Source: Podarcis pityusensis
Lineage: Eukaryota
DNA length: 64,000 bases
NCBI GenBank assembly: GCA_964106645.2
Contig: OZ067046.1
Strand: one strand, 5' to 3'
The notes under the pieces: generated by a model
Seen by the model: only the letters and a program-made list of their open reading frames with translations
The model's database searches: none
Told to the model about the DNA's origin: nothing
Made by a program: the position numbers and the translations under genes
Shown here: piece after piece, positions 1 to 11,691 of the stretch
Numbering within the stretch: position 1 is the first letter of the stretch
Layout of the letters: every line of letters begins with the position of its first letter

Positions 1-1389
1 TTCAGACTAAATGATCCAGACAAGGCATTTATTGTTTGGAAAAATCACTGCCTGGTGCACATAAATTATATAGACCAGTGCCATCAGCACTCAACGTCAT
101 TTTCACAAGGGACAGCTCCAATTAAAAATCTACAATTTAAAATGGTGAATAATGAATTAATTGATTAATCACACCAATAAATCAATTAATGCCCTCACCG
201 CCAGCAATTACATAAAGCATGCAAATTAGGAGGAGGAATCTTAGGTTCCTTTCATGATCACACTCAGGGTTTGTTTGCATAATCTAAATACAGAGGGGTC
301 TTTTAAAATCTCCATTTTGTTATCCTAAAATAACCCCTGTCCACACAAAGAAAGTAAACCCAATGTTTCAAGCCTCACTCCCTGGTTTATGTTATCTTGG
401 CATTCATTTCCTCTGTAGAAGAATGTTGTCAACCCCCCAGGGAGCAATAATCTCAATATACTGCTGGGGTAGGAACTTTGACTGCACTGCCTTCTGGAAA
501 ACCTCCCAAAGGCAAAACTGGGTGGTGTGAGAAGTGCAAATTTTACCTTTGTACAGTAGGCTAGTTCCTACACAGACTCACACACCTGTCTCTATCTACC
601 ATCCGGGCAAGAGGCATTGCTAGAGTTGGACGACATTTGCCAGCTAGGCGAAAACACTCAGGGTGAGAAACAGGGGCAGTTGGGGTGTGGGCTAGAGGAG
701 AGGGGGTGTGGGGGCTCAAGCTTGCTTTGAAGTCCTGCTTCTGACCTGAAAATGATGGTCTGTAAATGAATTTGTTCAATGATGGGGTGTGCTCTGCACA
801 TGTCCAGAGGCACTCTTGCCACCAGTAATCATTAGACGTCTTAACCCAATTTCAGAATAACATCATACGCTTGTCTTGCATTCTGCCTCACATCAGTCCA
901 AACTCAGTGCTTTTCACCTGCAGCAGATCACACTTCCAGCTGCCATTTCCTCAAGTACTGAGACTTCATGTGGACGGAAATCAAGTTATAGGCATGTGTG
1001 GATGGAGGGTTCAGCCCTTAACCACAATGGCACACCAGCTTTTCTGCTTTTAGCGCTTCACATGTTTGAAAGACAAGTTGCACATTCCCACGAAAACTGA
1101 TTCAGGGCCTGGGACCTGATAAGCAATTGATCAGCCATGCAATTAAGCCCACAACAATTACCAGCTTGCAACACATTTTGACAGCAGAGGAGGGGAAGCT
1201 CTTCTGCTAGACTGTCCATGCTGGTTATAAAGCAAGGATAGGGGTCTGTGGCCATGGAAGCAGGGAAACTGCCTCTCCTTCTTCAGCCCACTCAGACTAG
1301 TCATAGAAATGTACCCTTCGAAGGGTGAGGGTCATCTAGTCCAACCCACTGCAATGTAGGTGGCCCTATGGGGCTCAAACATGCAACAA

Positions 1390-1600
1390 CCACCTTCAGC
1401 ACATTTAAACCACCTTCAGCACATTTAAGCCACCTTTAGCACTCATGGTTTTCCCCAAAGAATTCCGGGGACTTGTAGTTCATAAAGAGTGCTGGGAATT
1501 CTAGCTCTGTGAGGTATAAGCTACAGTCCCCATGAATCTTTGGGAGAAGCTATGTGCTTTAAATGCGTATTAAATGTGCTTTAAATGTTTGGTGTGGGTG
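1390..1600. mobile_element. Palindromic MITE-like element (catttaaagcac...gtgctttaaatg family) with a 20-bp tandem duplication at its left end
   Basis: Imperfect inverted arms. Related copies lie at about 22305-22480, 30395-30695 and 44775-44920. accaccttcagcacatttaa occurs twice at about 1389-1428. Confidence 0.6.
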
Positions 1601-2658
1601 TGACCTACCTCACTTGTATGGAATCCCTCGTTTCCTACAGCAAAATACAAGGCTGCTATAGATCACATCAAACCTACTTTCCCCTCCTAAATTGAGCTGC
1701 ATATAGCGCTGACCCCGTGGTAGGAGCCTTCCTTTACAACAGTAAAATGGGGGCAACAAAGCAGAGCAATGCCTCAACAGGTCTCCCAGCACGCACCAAT
1801 CTAGGCAATACAGCCGTCCTGCAGAAATCAGACTTCCGTGCTCATTAGAACATTTCAGGATAAGCTGATGCTGACTTTTCCTGTGAAATAGCTAATGAGG
1901 GATAAAGTTCAACAGCAAATTACTTGAGAGTGACAAGGGAGGCACATATGTTTTTTATCCTCAGCATTTGCTTCATACGTTGGGGAGGATGGCGCTGAAA
2001 GCATGAAGATTAAGGAAAAGCCACCCCTGGAAAAAGACATAAAGGGAAGGAAGCATTTACTTGCGGTGCAGCTCACACCCCGTGTGCATGGACTGTATGC
2101 ATGGACAGATGAATGTGTGGAGTGTGTCTTGGGGTGTGTGAGAGAGATTATGTCTGTTGTTCCCATGTTATCCTGCATACATGCAAGGTGCTGTCTGCAG
2201 AGGCGGGGAAACTCTGCACATACTTCACAATGTGCATTTATTCACGTTGCACAATTGGAACCCTGAAAAATTGGAAGGTACAGATAAGACCCCCCTAATG
2301 CAAGCAGAAACCTTACTGCATGGAGATAGGGGTCAGGACCAGCCGATACAGACCCACCTCAGTGGGTTTGTCTGAACACACTTTCAATTTATGTATGAAA
2401 TTTAAGTGCCAGGGACTTTGGAGTCTCCAGCTGATGAAAGCAACTTTTGCACACACTGGAACAACTTGGCCAGATTGCCAACACAAGCAGTTTAAAAGCT
2501 GGGCCCGGACCAGCGCTTGGGGTTAAGATTGTATTCATTTGGTCTTGATGTGTGGTTATTCTTGTTTTCCTTTTCAAGCTTAGCAAACAGGCTCTTAAAT
2601 ACATTTCCTCAAATTAACTCAAGCAAAGAAACAATGGCCACTGAATGAGTTATGAGTT

Positions 2659-3165
2659 ACTGAAGGTGACCCGGAAACTGCAATTAATCCAGAATGCGGC
2701 AGCTAGACTGGTGACTGGGAGTGGCCGCAGGGACCACATAACACCAGTCCTGAGAGATTGGCTCCCAGTACGTTTCCGAGCACAATTCAAAGTGTTGGTG
2801 CTGACCTTTAAAGCCCTAAACGGCCTTGGTCCTGTATACCTGAAGGAGCATCTCCACCCCCATCGTTCAGCCCGGACACTAAAATCCAGCTGCGAGGGCC
2901 TTCTGGCAGGTCCCTCATTGCGATAAGTGAGGTTACAGGGAACCAGACAGAGGGCCTTCTCAGTAGTGGCGCCCACCCTGTGGAACACCCTCCCTTCAGA
3001 TGTGAAGGAAATAAGCAGCTATCCTATCTTTAAAAGACATCTGAGGGCAGCCCTGTTTAGGGAAGTTTTTAATATTAAATGCTGTACTGTTTTTAATATT
3101 TGATTGGGAGCCGCCAGAGTGGCGGGGAAACTCAGCCAGATGGGCGACGTATAAATAATAAATTA
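2659..3165 (+). mobile_element. L2-clade LINE 3' fragment (5'-truncated, dead)
   Basis: ORF 2645-2926 gives KLQLIQNAAARLVTG..DHITPVLRDWLPVRFRAQFKVLVLTFKALNGLGP, typical of the L2 ORF2 C-terminus. It is followed by a 3'UTR ending ataaataataaatt. Confidence 0.85.
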
Positions 3166-3180
3166 TTGTTGTTGTTGTTG

Positions 3181-3211
<31 letters not shown>

Positions 3212-3213
3212 TC
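3166..3213. repeat. Compound microsatellite (TTG)n(CTG)n at the L2 tail
   Basis: Directly visible; it produces the spurious poly-L and poly-Q ORFs. Confidence 0.95.
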
Positions 3214-3801
3214 TGGCCAGCCCCCACCATCTCCACTCTTAGGAACTGCTTCCATGAAAAGCACAGGCCTCCTTTCCCTGAGCTTTTTTTGAGGAAGAAA
3301 ACTTATTGTGTACAAACAACATTTGATGGCAGGGCTGGCCCAAGACATTTTGGCCTCCCCCAAAATGGGTGCCCCCCCCCAGGAAAAAGGGGTGGGGGAA
3401 GATCTACATCAGGAACAAGGGGGGAAAGATTTACATTGCGATGTGCTGCCCCCATGGATCCTGTCACCTGAGGCAGCCACACGGGTGGGCCAGCCCTGCT
3501 TGATGGTATGTGTCTCCAAGCAGTTGGGAGTGTGCAGTTAGCATCAGCTAGGGACCAATATACCAGCCACCCATTCCCTTGTGATGGTCTGAGAAGAGGA
3601 ATCTCTACAAAGGCAGGCAAGACATTCACACAGGAAGCAGAGAAGATGAGAATCAGGAACAGCTGTGTTTCTGCCTAGTACATTTCCTCACAGATCAATG
3701 GATTCTGTCTTGGTTTTTGTTCTGCTGCATAATTGTTACAACAACGCGCAGCAAATGTAGAGCTGGCATGCCGTTTCCTAGGCATGCAAGTGTTACTATA
3801 C

Positions 3802-3877
3802 CTGGCAAAACATAAGAAAGCAAGACGACAGCAATTGCCACATGCAGAAATATCACAGGCAGCCGCAGAATCTCCAT
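3802..3877 (-). other. Candidate signal-peptide-encoding exon (MEILRLPVIFLHVAIAVVLLSYVLP-G, phase 1)
   Basis: ATG, short basic n-region and long hydrophobic core, ending at CAG|gtatag in unique sequence. No homology recognised. Confidence 0.25.
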
Positions 3878-4723
3878 TCACTAACTGAATCAACAACCCC
3901 CTGACCTGTTCCATTGTTTTATCATCCTTATCTTTGGGGTTCTCTTGCTGTGCAACATCATCCTGCAAAGACCCACACCTGCCCACGCAATACCATTTCA
4001 CCATTTTGAGTTATTTCCAATGCTGTTGGTGTTATACATATGTTCACTTATACATATGTGCACCCTGGAAATGCATGCTTTTTTAAAATAAACGAAGCAC
4101 ACCAATTTCTCGATAAAATACCAATTCTATTCAATAAAACCTGGGCTAACACAGCATATAGACTAGAGCAATACTGAGGCCATGTTCAGCCCCTAGTCAA
4201 CATCTGAGACCTTCTCAGATCACACAGCAGGAAATTCCTGATAGGTAGCCTTTTCACAAACTGGTTTGACAAGTATCTGTTCAATGGCCAAACAGAGGTG
4301 CCCAAAGGGTATCTTCTGTATTTAAAAGGAGACAGGTCTGTGACAATAGATTCTGGAATCAAGGTATCCACCACTTCAAAAGGATGTATCAGACTGGCCA
4401 GGAAGAGCAATTATAAGGTATTGACAAGACATGTAAAAATGTTGAAGAAACATGAACTCTGAGCATGATCTGATTTACATGTAGAACCCATTTTGTGATG
4501 CATCTGATTTTTTGTGGGTTGGCCTTTCTGTGACAGGGCAGTTACTATCCGAGGGCTTAAAAATGGCAACACGCTTTTGTTTTGGGCTCCTCCTCACCTT
4601 CTTGCAAGGGGAGAGGAAAATCTGTTGCAAGAGATATGCAATATGCCTGCCTTGCAACACCTGGTTCCATCTCAGTTTGTTTTCTCTAACCGGTTGTGGA
4701 CCTCAAGGGGCCCTTTGTACGTA

Positions 4724-5598
4724 CCGTATTTTTCGTCCCATAGGACGCACCTAGTTTTTTTGGGGGGGAAATAAAGGGGGGGAATTTCCTTTATTTCCCC
4801 CCCAAAACCAGGTCGGGGAAACTGAACCAGGTTGAGGAACAGCGGGATGGCGGCGCTGCGCCTCCTTGCTGTCCCCCGAGCTTGTGGGGCTGGCCGATGT
4901 CTGTCCGGCGTGCGGGGCGCTCTGCTTCAGGGCGCCCCTTGCGCCGGGCAGCAGGCTGCTATCCGCAGCGTGGGGAGCCCTGCGGGGAACTCCCGCAGGG
5001 CTCCAACACGCTGCGGGTGTCTGTCCGGCGGGAGGGGCGCTCTGCTTCAGGGCGCCCCTCGCGCTGGGCAGCAGGCTGCTATCCGCAGCATAGACAGCCC
5101 TGCGGGACCTCCCGCAGGGCTGCCTAGGCAGCGGATGTGTTCCTGAAGCGCTGGGCGCTCTGCTTTCAGTGCGCCCGGCGCTCTGGGAAGCCAGCTGCTA
5201 TCCGCAGCATAGACAGCTCTGCGGGACCTCCCGCAGGGCTGCCTAGGCTGCGGATGTGTTCCCGAAGCGCCAAGCGCTCTGCTTTCAGCGCGCCCGGCGC
5301 TCCAGGAAGCCGCCTGCTATCCGCAGCATAGACAGCTCTGCGGGACCTCCCGCAGGGGTGCTTAGGCTGCGGATGTGTTCCCGAAGCGCCGGGTGCTCTG
5401 CTTTCAGCGCACCCGACGCTCCGGGAAGCAGGCTGCGGATGTGTTCCTGAAGCCTGGAGAGCGAGAGGGGCCGGTGCACACCGACCCCTCTCACTCTCCA
5501 AGCTTCAGCGAAAGCCTGCATTCGCCCCATAGGACGCACCCAGATTTCCCTTTCATTTTTGGAGGGGAAAAGTGCGTCCTATAGGGCGAAAAATACGA
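4724..5598. mobile_element. Non-autonomous Tc1/mariner-superfamily DNA transposon (Tc2/Kanga-like TIR) with internal minisatellite
   Basis: TIRs ccgtatttttcgtcccataggacgcac and gtgcgtcctatagggcgaaaaatacga, flanked by TA at 4722-4723 and 5599-5600. No transposase. Confidence 0.85.
4900..5450. repeat. GC-rich minisatellite, ~119-bp unit, ~4.5-5 copies
   Basis: gctctgct(t)tcag recurs at about 4919, 5039, 5157, 5276 and 5395; ctgctatccgcagc recurs with the same period. Confidence 0.9.
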
Positions 5599-7407
5599 TA
5601 TGTATTTGCAAGTTTATTGTGCTTCTTCCCCTCCCTCATTCTCCCTGTACTGGGACATATATGGTCAATTCAATTTACACGGGGATTATGTTCCAGGAAT
5701 AGAGCGTAAAGCCAAAAATCACATATAAACACACTTTCTCTGCACCTCCAAACGCTCTCCCAATGTGAGTGCAACTGCAGACTCCCCCAACTCCCGGGAT
5801 GCCTGCCCTTTTTAATTTTTTAGGCTAAGTAAATTTCCACAAGTTAAATCTGTGTAAATTGTGAGTCAACTGTATACATCTCACTTGGGTTCCTCCCCTT
5901 TACATATAGGGAATAAACCACACCGCATGTATAACCCCTACCACAAAGCTACCCTTCACTTCCAATGCATAAAGTCGAAATGGAATATCATAGTATTGAC
6001 GATTATTGCCTTGGAGGGGAGCATTGCAAAAAGAAAAGAAAAGAGGTTTAGACATAGTCGTGACACGTTTCATCTGCATTGCGTGGGGAAACTCTTTAAA
6101 GCTGACTCACTCTGCGCCCCGTATAATTGACTAGCAATTCCTTCAGAGGATGGAGAGGGGGGTGGGCTGCCATCCAGTTTGTCTTCATAAATTTCAGATC
6201 AAGAGAAAGCACCTCTCCGCTCACGGCAGTCCACACAAACAACAAGGCGAGTACTAAGAACTGGAATGCTGTCTGCTGCTATTTTGCCTTGGGCTCCTTC
6301 CACCCCAGATCTTCCCTGTCATGCTACAAAACGCGTGGCTTCCCTCCGTGTCAAGGCGGCGGCAGCAGGAGAGACCGCCTGCTACAAGGCTCCCTAATCC
6401 AAAGGCCTTTCACACGCTGGAGAATAAACAGCTTTCCTTTTACCTTGAAAGTCTGCTCAGCTGTGCGATTAAGTCTCCTTCTAATAGCCTCTGCCAGACA
6501 GCCAGTTAGCCTGCTGCCAAAAGGCCGCTGCCTCAACTTCAGGCAGGTACCCATCTGCACTGTCACAGAGATTAAGAGAGCTTAATCCACTTGCAAACCC
6601 CTCGCCGCCTTCAAAAACAGAAGGTGGCTCTCCCCCTCCCTCCGCACCAATGGGCATGCCAAAGTGATGTTTCCAGCAATGGTGGGGGATGAACATAACA
6701 GTATTTAGCACTTTGCATCTCTGGCGCGCTTTGTAAACATTAATCTTCGGCTGCATCCTTTCGAGACAAGTATCTCCACCCGTGATTACAGGTGGATAGT
6801 GAAATGCGTTCAGAGCAGGGCAGGGCCCTATCGCTGTTTGACCGGTCTCAATATTTCTCCACTGAAAGTGATGCCTCACTCAGAGTCCAAACAATCTTGC
6901 AACAGCCTGATATGTCCTGTGAAATTCTACACTGGGGAAGATGGAAGAGGGGTGTATGGAGGGAGGGAGGAGAGCTGTTGGCTGCAGGCAGTTATTGGTC
7001 GACATGGAGCAGCACGATAACCTTGATCTTCTGCTTGCGCCACTATTCAGGATGTGGCTGCTTATTAAATTATCCAGCCTTTTAAATAGTCCCCCTACCC
7101 TGTTTAACCCCTGCTTCAGTCTGCCTCAGCGTTTTCTTCTTCTTTGCAGGTAGACACCACAGTCTGACTGGCAGAAAAGGGTTAATATGAAATGCAAGCC
7201 GGTTTTGTAGTTTTCCATTTGTTTAAAATATTTCTAATAATATTTCCAGAGTGATTTACAACAATATCAATGTAAGGCAGCGACAAAGTGCAATAAAATC
7301 TCCTTTTTAAAAAAAAAAAAGGGGGGGGGGACGACAAACAGGATGTTTGTGGCAGGAACAGTGCACTGGACCTCACTAGAGGCAATCTTAGTGCAAGAAC
7401 ACTGAAA

Positions 7408-8375
7408 TAGGAACATAGGGAGCTGCCTTATACAAAGTCATAGGATCGTAGAATTGTAGAGTTGGAAGGGACCCCGAGGGTCATCTAGTCCAACCCCCCT
7501 GCAAAGAAGGAATCCCAACTGAAGCATCCATGAGAGATGGCCAACCAGTGTCAGACCACTGGTCCATCTTAGCTCAGTACTGGTTACGCTGACTGGCAGT
7601 GGTTCTCCAAGGTTTCAGAAAAAGGCCATTCCCAGCCCTAATTGCAGATGCAGGAGATTGAACTTTGACCTTCTGCCTGCAAAGCAGGGTGGATTTTGAT
7701 TAAATCAAATCAAATCGATTTAAATCACTAGTCAGTAAGACCTGGTTTAAATCATTTTTTTCACAGAAAGACTCATTTTTGGTGGTAATCATCTTAATAT
7801 TTACAACCAGAAGAAGGTTTCATTTCTGGAATAATAAATTTTAAGAGCAGTTTTTACAGTTATATCAAAAATTACTGATTTGGTTATACTGTTAGAAATA
7901 ATAGACAGCTAATTATGAAATTATTGTGAGGTTTAATAAGTAATAAGTTAACTCTTTATATTTGGACAACTTTTCTACTGTACTTTATTGGAAGAAGAAA
8001 AATAACCATTTCCTTAATAACAATTTAAACAATTTATTTAACTAAAGCAATAACATTATAGCATATGTATCCATGTTTGTTAAACATTTTTTTAAAAAAA
8101 ACAAACTTAGACAGAGTTTTAGCACACATGAAAACTGATGAATAGCCTTTGGACTATAATGTAAACTTAAATAGAAAACTATCTTTAGAAAGATTTTTCC
8201 TGCAAAAGCATTTTATTTTTTAAAAAATCTGATTTAAATAAAACAAATCTGATTTAAATCAAAAAAATCTGATTTGAATTTTTTAAAATCCATTTTTTTT
8301 TGTTTTGTTTTTAAAGAACCATTGATTTTTATCCACCCTGCTGCAAACCATCTGCCCTATCTTTGAGCCATGGTC
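7408..8375 (-). mobile_element. tRNA(Ala)-headed, CR1-tailed SINE split by two insertions
   Basis: Tail aggaacatagggagctgccttatac, body gaccactggtccatcttagctcagtac, head remnant gaccttctgcctgcaaa. Interrupted by a CR1 3' piece (~7441-7548) and a hAT MITE. Confidence 0.65.
7685..8340. mobile_element. hAT-type MITE
   Basis: TIRs cagggtggat and atccaccctg; 8-bp TSD ctgcaaag/ctgcaaac; subterminal gatttaaat repeats; AT-rich core. Confidence 0.85.
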
Positions 8376-9660
8376 TCTTCAACCGGTGTAGCCTTCACAG
8401 GTCACAATTAACCCTTGCTTCCATTTGCCCCTCTAAAAGGTCCAGCAAGCAAACGATGTGGCTAAACATGAAATAAATTAGTCAAGAGAAAAGGAAAATT
8501 CAGCAGAAAGATGCAAACAGCCATCATATATTTAAAAGCATCTCAGAAAAATAAAAGCTGTTCATCCGAGCCTGCAGAAGACTAGAGAAGAAATAGCAAG
8601 CAAAATATACATAGGCAGATATAAGCACTAGGGTGAAATTTACGTCTACAGCAATAAATCAGCTGCTGAATATCAGCTGCATGGGAGGTCATCAAAGAGC
8701 ATTGGCCATGCACCTGTCAGGGACGTGAGTGGTAAAGATGCTTGAGGAATTCAGTTTTCATGAACTGGCCTCATCAGCACTTCCTGGACTAAAGTGTAGA
8801 CCAGAAAACATACTGAATCTCAGTTGAATGGCCATTTCTCATGGATGCTTTAGTTGAGATTCCTGCACTGCATGATCCTCTGGGTTCCTTCCAATGCTAC
8901 AGTTATATGATTCTATGATAAAATAATAATAATAGTATTTTGAGTAACTGTGCCATTACTTATTACTATCTTGAATTGAATCATTGCGTTAGGATCTTCC
9001 TTAGCGGGTAATGCAAACTGCTAGTGTGAATCATGATTTTTATTGAGTAGTTCCTGAGTTGTAGAAACCAAAGGGGCACCAAGTCGAAAAAGTTTGGGAA
9101 CCACTGGTAGGCAAGAAGAATTGTGGAACAGCAATAAAACTGCCAGCACATTTTCAAAGCTAAGCAGGGTCCGGTGTGGTTTCAAATTGGATGGGGTACA
9201 GGGTGTTGAGATTCTTGCCTTGCAGGGGGCTGGGATAGATGTCCCTCAGGATCCTTTCCACCTCTATGATTCTATGATTTCAGCCAGGTTAAAACACTCA
9301 AGAATGCTACGAAGCAGGGCCAATGAGGGGTGTGGGCTGAGGAGAGTCCTGAGGCCCAGATAGAGAGGGCTGGATCAGGCCCTGAGGCCTGAGGTGAACT
9401 GGCTCTGTCCTCAAACCAGTGTCATTTGATTATGGAGGTCCTCACAAGCAGGATGGCAGAACATATTGCTGGAAAATTGTGCCAAGCGAGCGCTCTCCTT
9501 TATTTTGAGGGGGGAAATCTAAGTGGGGGAGAATCCAGGGAAGAATAAGAAATGTTGGCTCAGCTCTAGTTTCCTTCTAAGAAGCTCTGCTCCTGACACT
9601 TTTTAATTAGAGAGATCCCTCACTCTCCCGCAGAACAATACTTCCTTAAGGTTCCCTGTA

Positions 9661-9886
9661 CAGTGGTACCTCGGGTTACAGATGCTTCAGGTTACAGACT
9701 CCGCTAACCCAGAAATAGTGCCTTGGGTTAAGAACTTTGCTTCAGGATAAGAACAGAAATCGCACGATGGCAGCACGGTGGCAGTGGGAGGCCCCATTGG
9801 CTACAGTGGTACCTCAGGTTAAGAACAGTTTCAGGTTAAGAACGGACCTCCAGAACGAATTAAATTCCTAACCCGAGGTACTACTG
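9661..9886 (+). mobile_element. Tigger/pogo-like MITE, family A, copy 1
   Basis: TIRs cagtggtacctcgggtta and taacccgaggtactactg with TA on both sides; five near-identical copies in the window. Confidence 0.9.
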
Positions 9887-10579
9887 TAGTGAGACGATGA
9901 CTAATAAATCAACTTAGGTCTGTAGTGTAGGAACACCCTGAAAGTCAAGGTGGTGAACTCCTTCAGCAATGTGCAATACTGCAAGGCGAAGTGCCATGAA
10001 CCAGTAATTCCTGACATTACTATTGATCTACAGTTATTCACACAATGAGGAAGGAAACCCATATGTATTTGTGAAAGGCTCTATGTTCATGAGGGTTATT
10101 TTAAAAAAGAAAAAGGGGGGAAAGAATGGGAACTAAAAACTGCTGCCAGTGCCACCCACAGCTTATCTTTATCTATGAAAGGCTGCCAAACCTATTGATT
10201 GCTCCATTACACTGATTGACAGCTAAATAAACACTTGCTCCTAACAAATAGCTATGATTTTTTTTATATAAAAAAAGCAATTAGGATCTCTTGAGCGTGC
10301 AGCTGTAGAACTGGGTTGAAATAAGCATTTGACAAAAGGAAAGCAAAAAAATAAAAAAGGGACACTAGCTGGAAGTCCAGACATGTGTTATATGTAAGTG
10401 TTACAAAGCGTCTGGAGAAAACCCCCAGTTTTCAGCAGTTTCAGAGGCACTCTATTGGCCGCAGATGGTAGTCGCTGCTGCGAAACAACTTCCCATTAAA
10501 ATACTTTTGCACTAAGCTGCAGAGTCCTGCAAGCATAAACACCACTTCCACAGTGGTGGTGTAGTGTGTGTAGTGGTTA

Positions 10580-10820
10580 AGAGCCAGTGTGGTGTAGTGG
10601 TTAAGAGCGGTAGTCTCGTAATCTGGGGAACCGGGTTTGAGTCTCCGCTCCTCCACATGCAGCTGCTGGGTGACCTTGGGCCAGTCACACTTCTTTGAAG
10701 TCTCTCAGCCCCACTCACCTCACAGAGTGTTTGTTGTGGGGGAGGAAGGGAAAGGAGAATGTTAGCCGCTTTGAGACTCCTTAAAGGGAGTGAAAGGCGG
10801 GATATCAAATCCAAACTCTC
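10580..10820 (+). mobile_element. tRNA-derived CORE/MIR-like squamate SINE (Squam3-like)
   Basis: A-box tggtgtagtggtt, B-box-like gggtttgagtc, CORE-like ctgggtgaccttgggccagtcac, tail gccgctttgagactcc. A second copy is at 33385-33645. Confidence 0.8.
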
Positions 10821-11230
10821 ACACTTTCCCAAGTCAGAACCACAATCAGCACTATTCATGCATTTCTTGGTGCCCCCTCTCAGCTTCTTTGGGAGGGATA
10901 GCAGGCTATAAATCACAGGAAGGAATGATGGCAGGGGTTGCCAACATGGCACCACACCAGTGTGCCCACCAGTACTTGCTATGGTATCCACGAAAGGTCT
11001 CAGTAAATAGTTAATAATTAAATGGTTGGTCCATGAACACTTAGAAAAGGATTCTGTGATGACAAAGACTCAGCATAGGATTCTCAAAAACAAGTCATGC
11101 CTTCCAGGATTGTTACACGCCACACTTTGCAATAAGTTAGGGTTGCCATACATCTGCCAGAAAAGCTCAACAACTTTGCATTTAGTCAACCCTAAATAAG
11201 TTATAATATCAACACAGTAATGTGCAAAGG

Positions 11231-11691
11231 TATAGTTAAAGCTATGGTTTTCCCAGTAGTGATGTATGGAAGTGAGAGCTGGACCATAAAGAAGGGTGAT
11301 TGCCGAAGAATTGATGCTTTTGAATTCTGGTGCTGGAGGAGACTCTTGAGAGTCCCATGGACTGCAAGAAGATCAAACCTATCCATTCTGAAGGAAATCA
11401 GCCCTGAGTGCTCACTGGAAGGACAGATTCTGAAGCTGACACTCCAATACTTTGGCCACCTCATGAGAAGAGAAGACTCCCTGGAAAAGACCCTGATGTT
11501 GGGAAAGATGGAGGGCACAAGGAGAAGGGGAAGACAGAGGACGAGATGGTTGGACAGTGTTCTCGAAGCTACCAGTATGAGTTTGACTAAACTGCGGGAG
11601 GCAGTGGAAGACAGAAGTGCCTGGCATGCTCTGGTCCATGGGGTCACGAAGAGTCAGACACGACTAAACGACTAAACAACAACAACAAAAG
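11231..11691 (+). mobile_element. Bov-B (RTE-clade) LINE, 5'-truncated
   Basis: ORF 11220-11675 VKAMVFPVVMYGSESWTIKK..LEKTLMLGK..WLDSV matches the Bov-B ORF C-terminus. (caa)n tail; 10-bp TSD tgtgcaaagg at 11221-11230 and 11692-11701. Confidence 0.95.

Noticed and set aside
3100-3471. Poly-L and poly-Q ORFs
   Set aside because: Artefacts of the (TTG)n(CTG)n tract.
4832-5584. Many overlapping 60-110 aa ORFs and a periodic repeat that could suggest a CRISPR-like array or a repeat protein
   Set aside because: The units are contiguous ~119-bp tandem copies without unique spacers, lie inside MITE TIRs, and have no cas genes nearby. The ORFs reflect GC-rich stop-codon scarcity.
8750-8790. Minus-strand CTGATGA..GAAA resembling a hammerhead ribozyme core
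   Set aside because: Stem II (ggccagttcat) does not pair, and no complementary stem I/III with an NUH site can be formed.
11201-11647. Antisense ORFs MTPWTRA.. (also 51094-51606)
   Set aside because: These are the antisense frames of Bov-B copies, not host genes.
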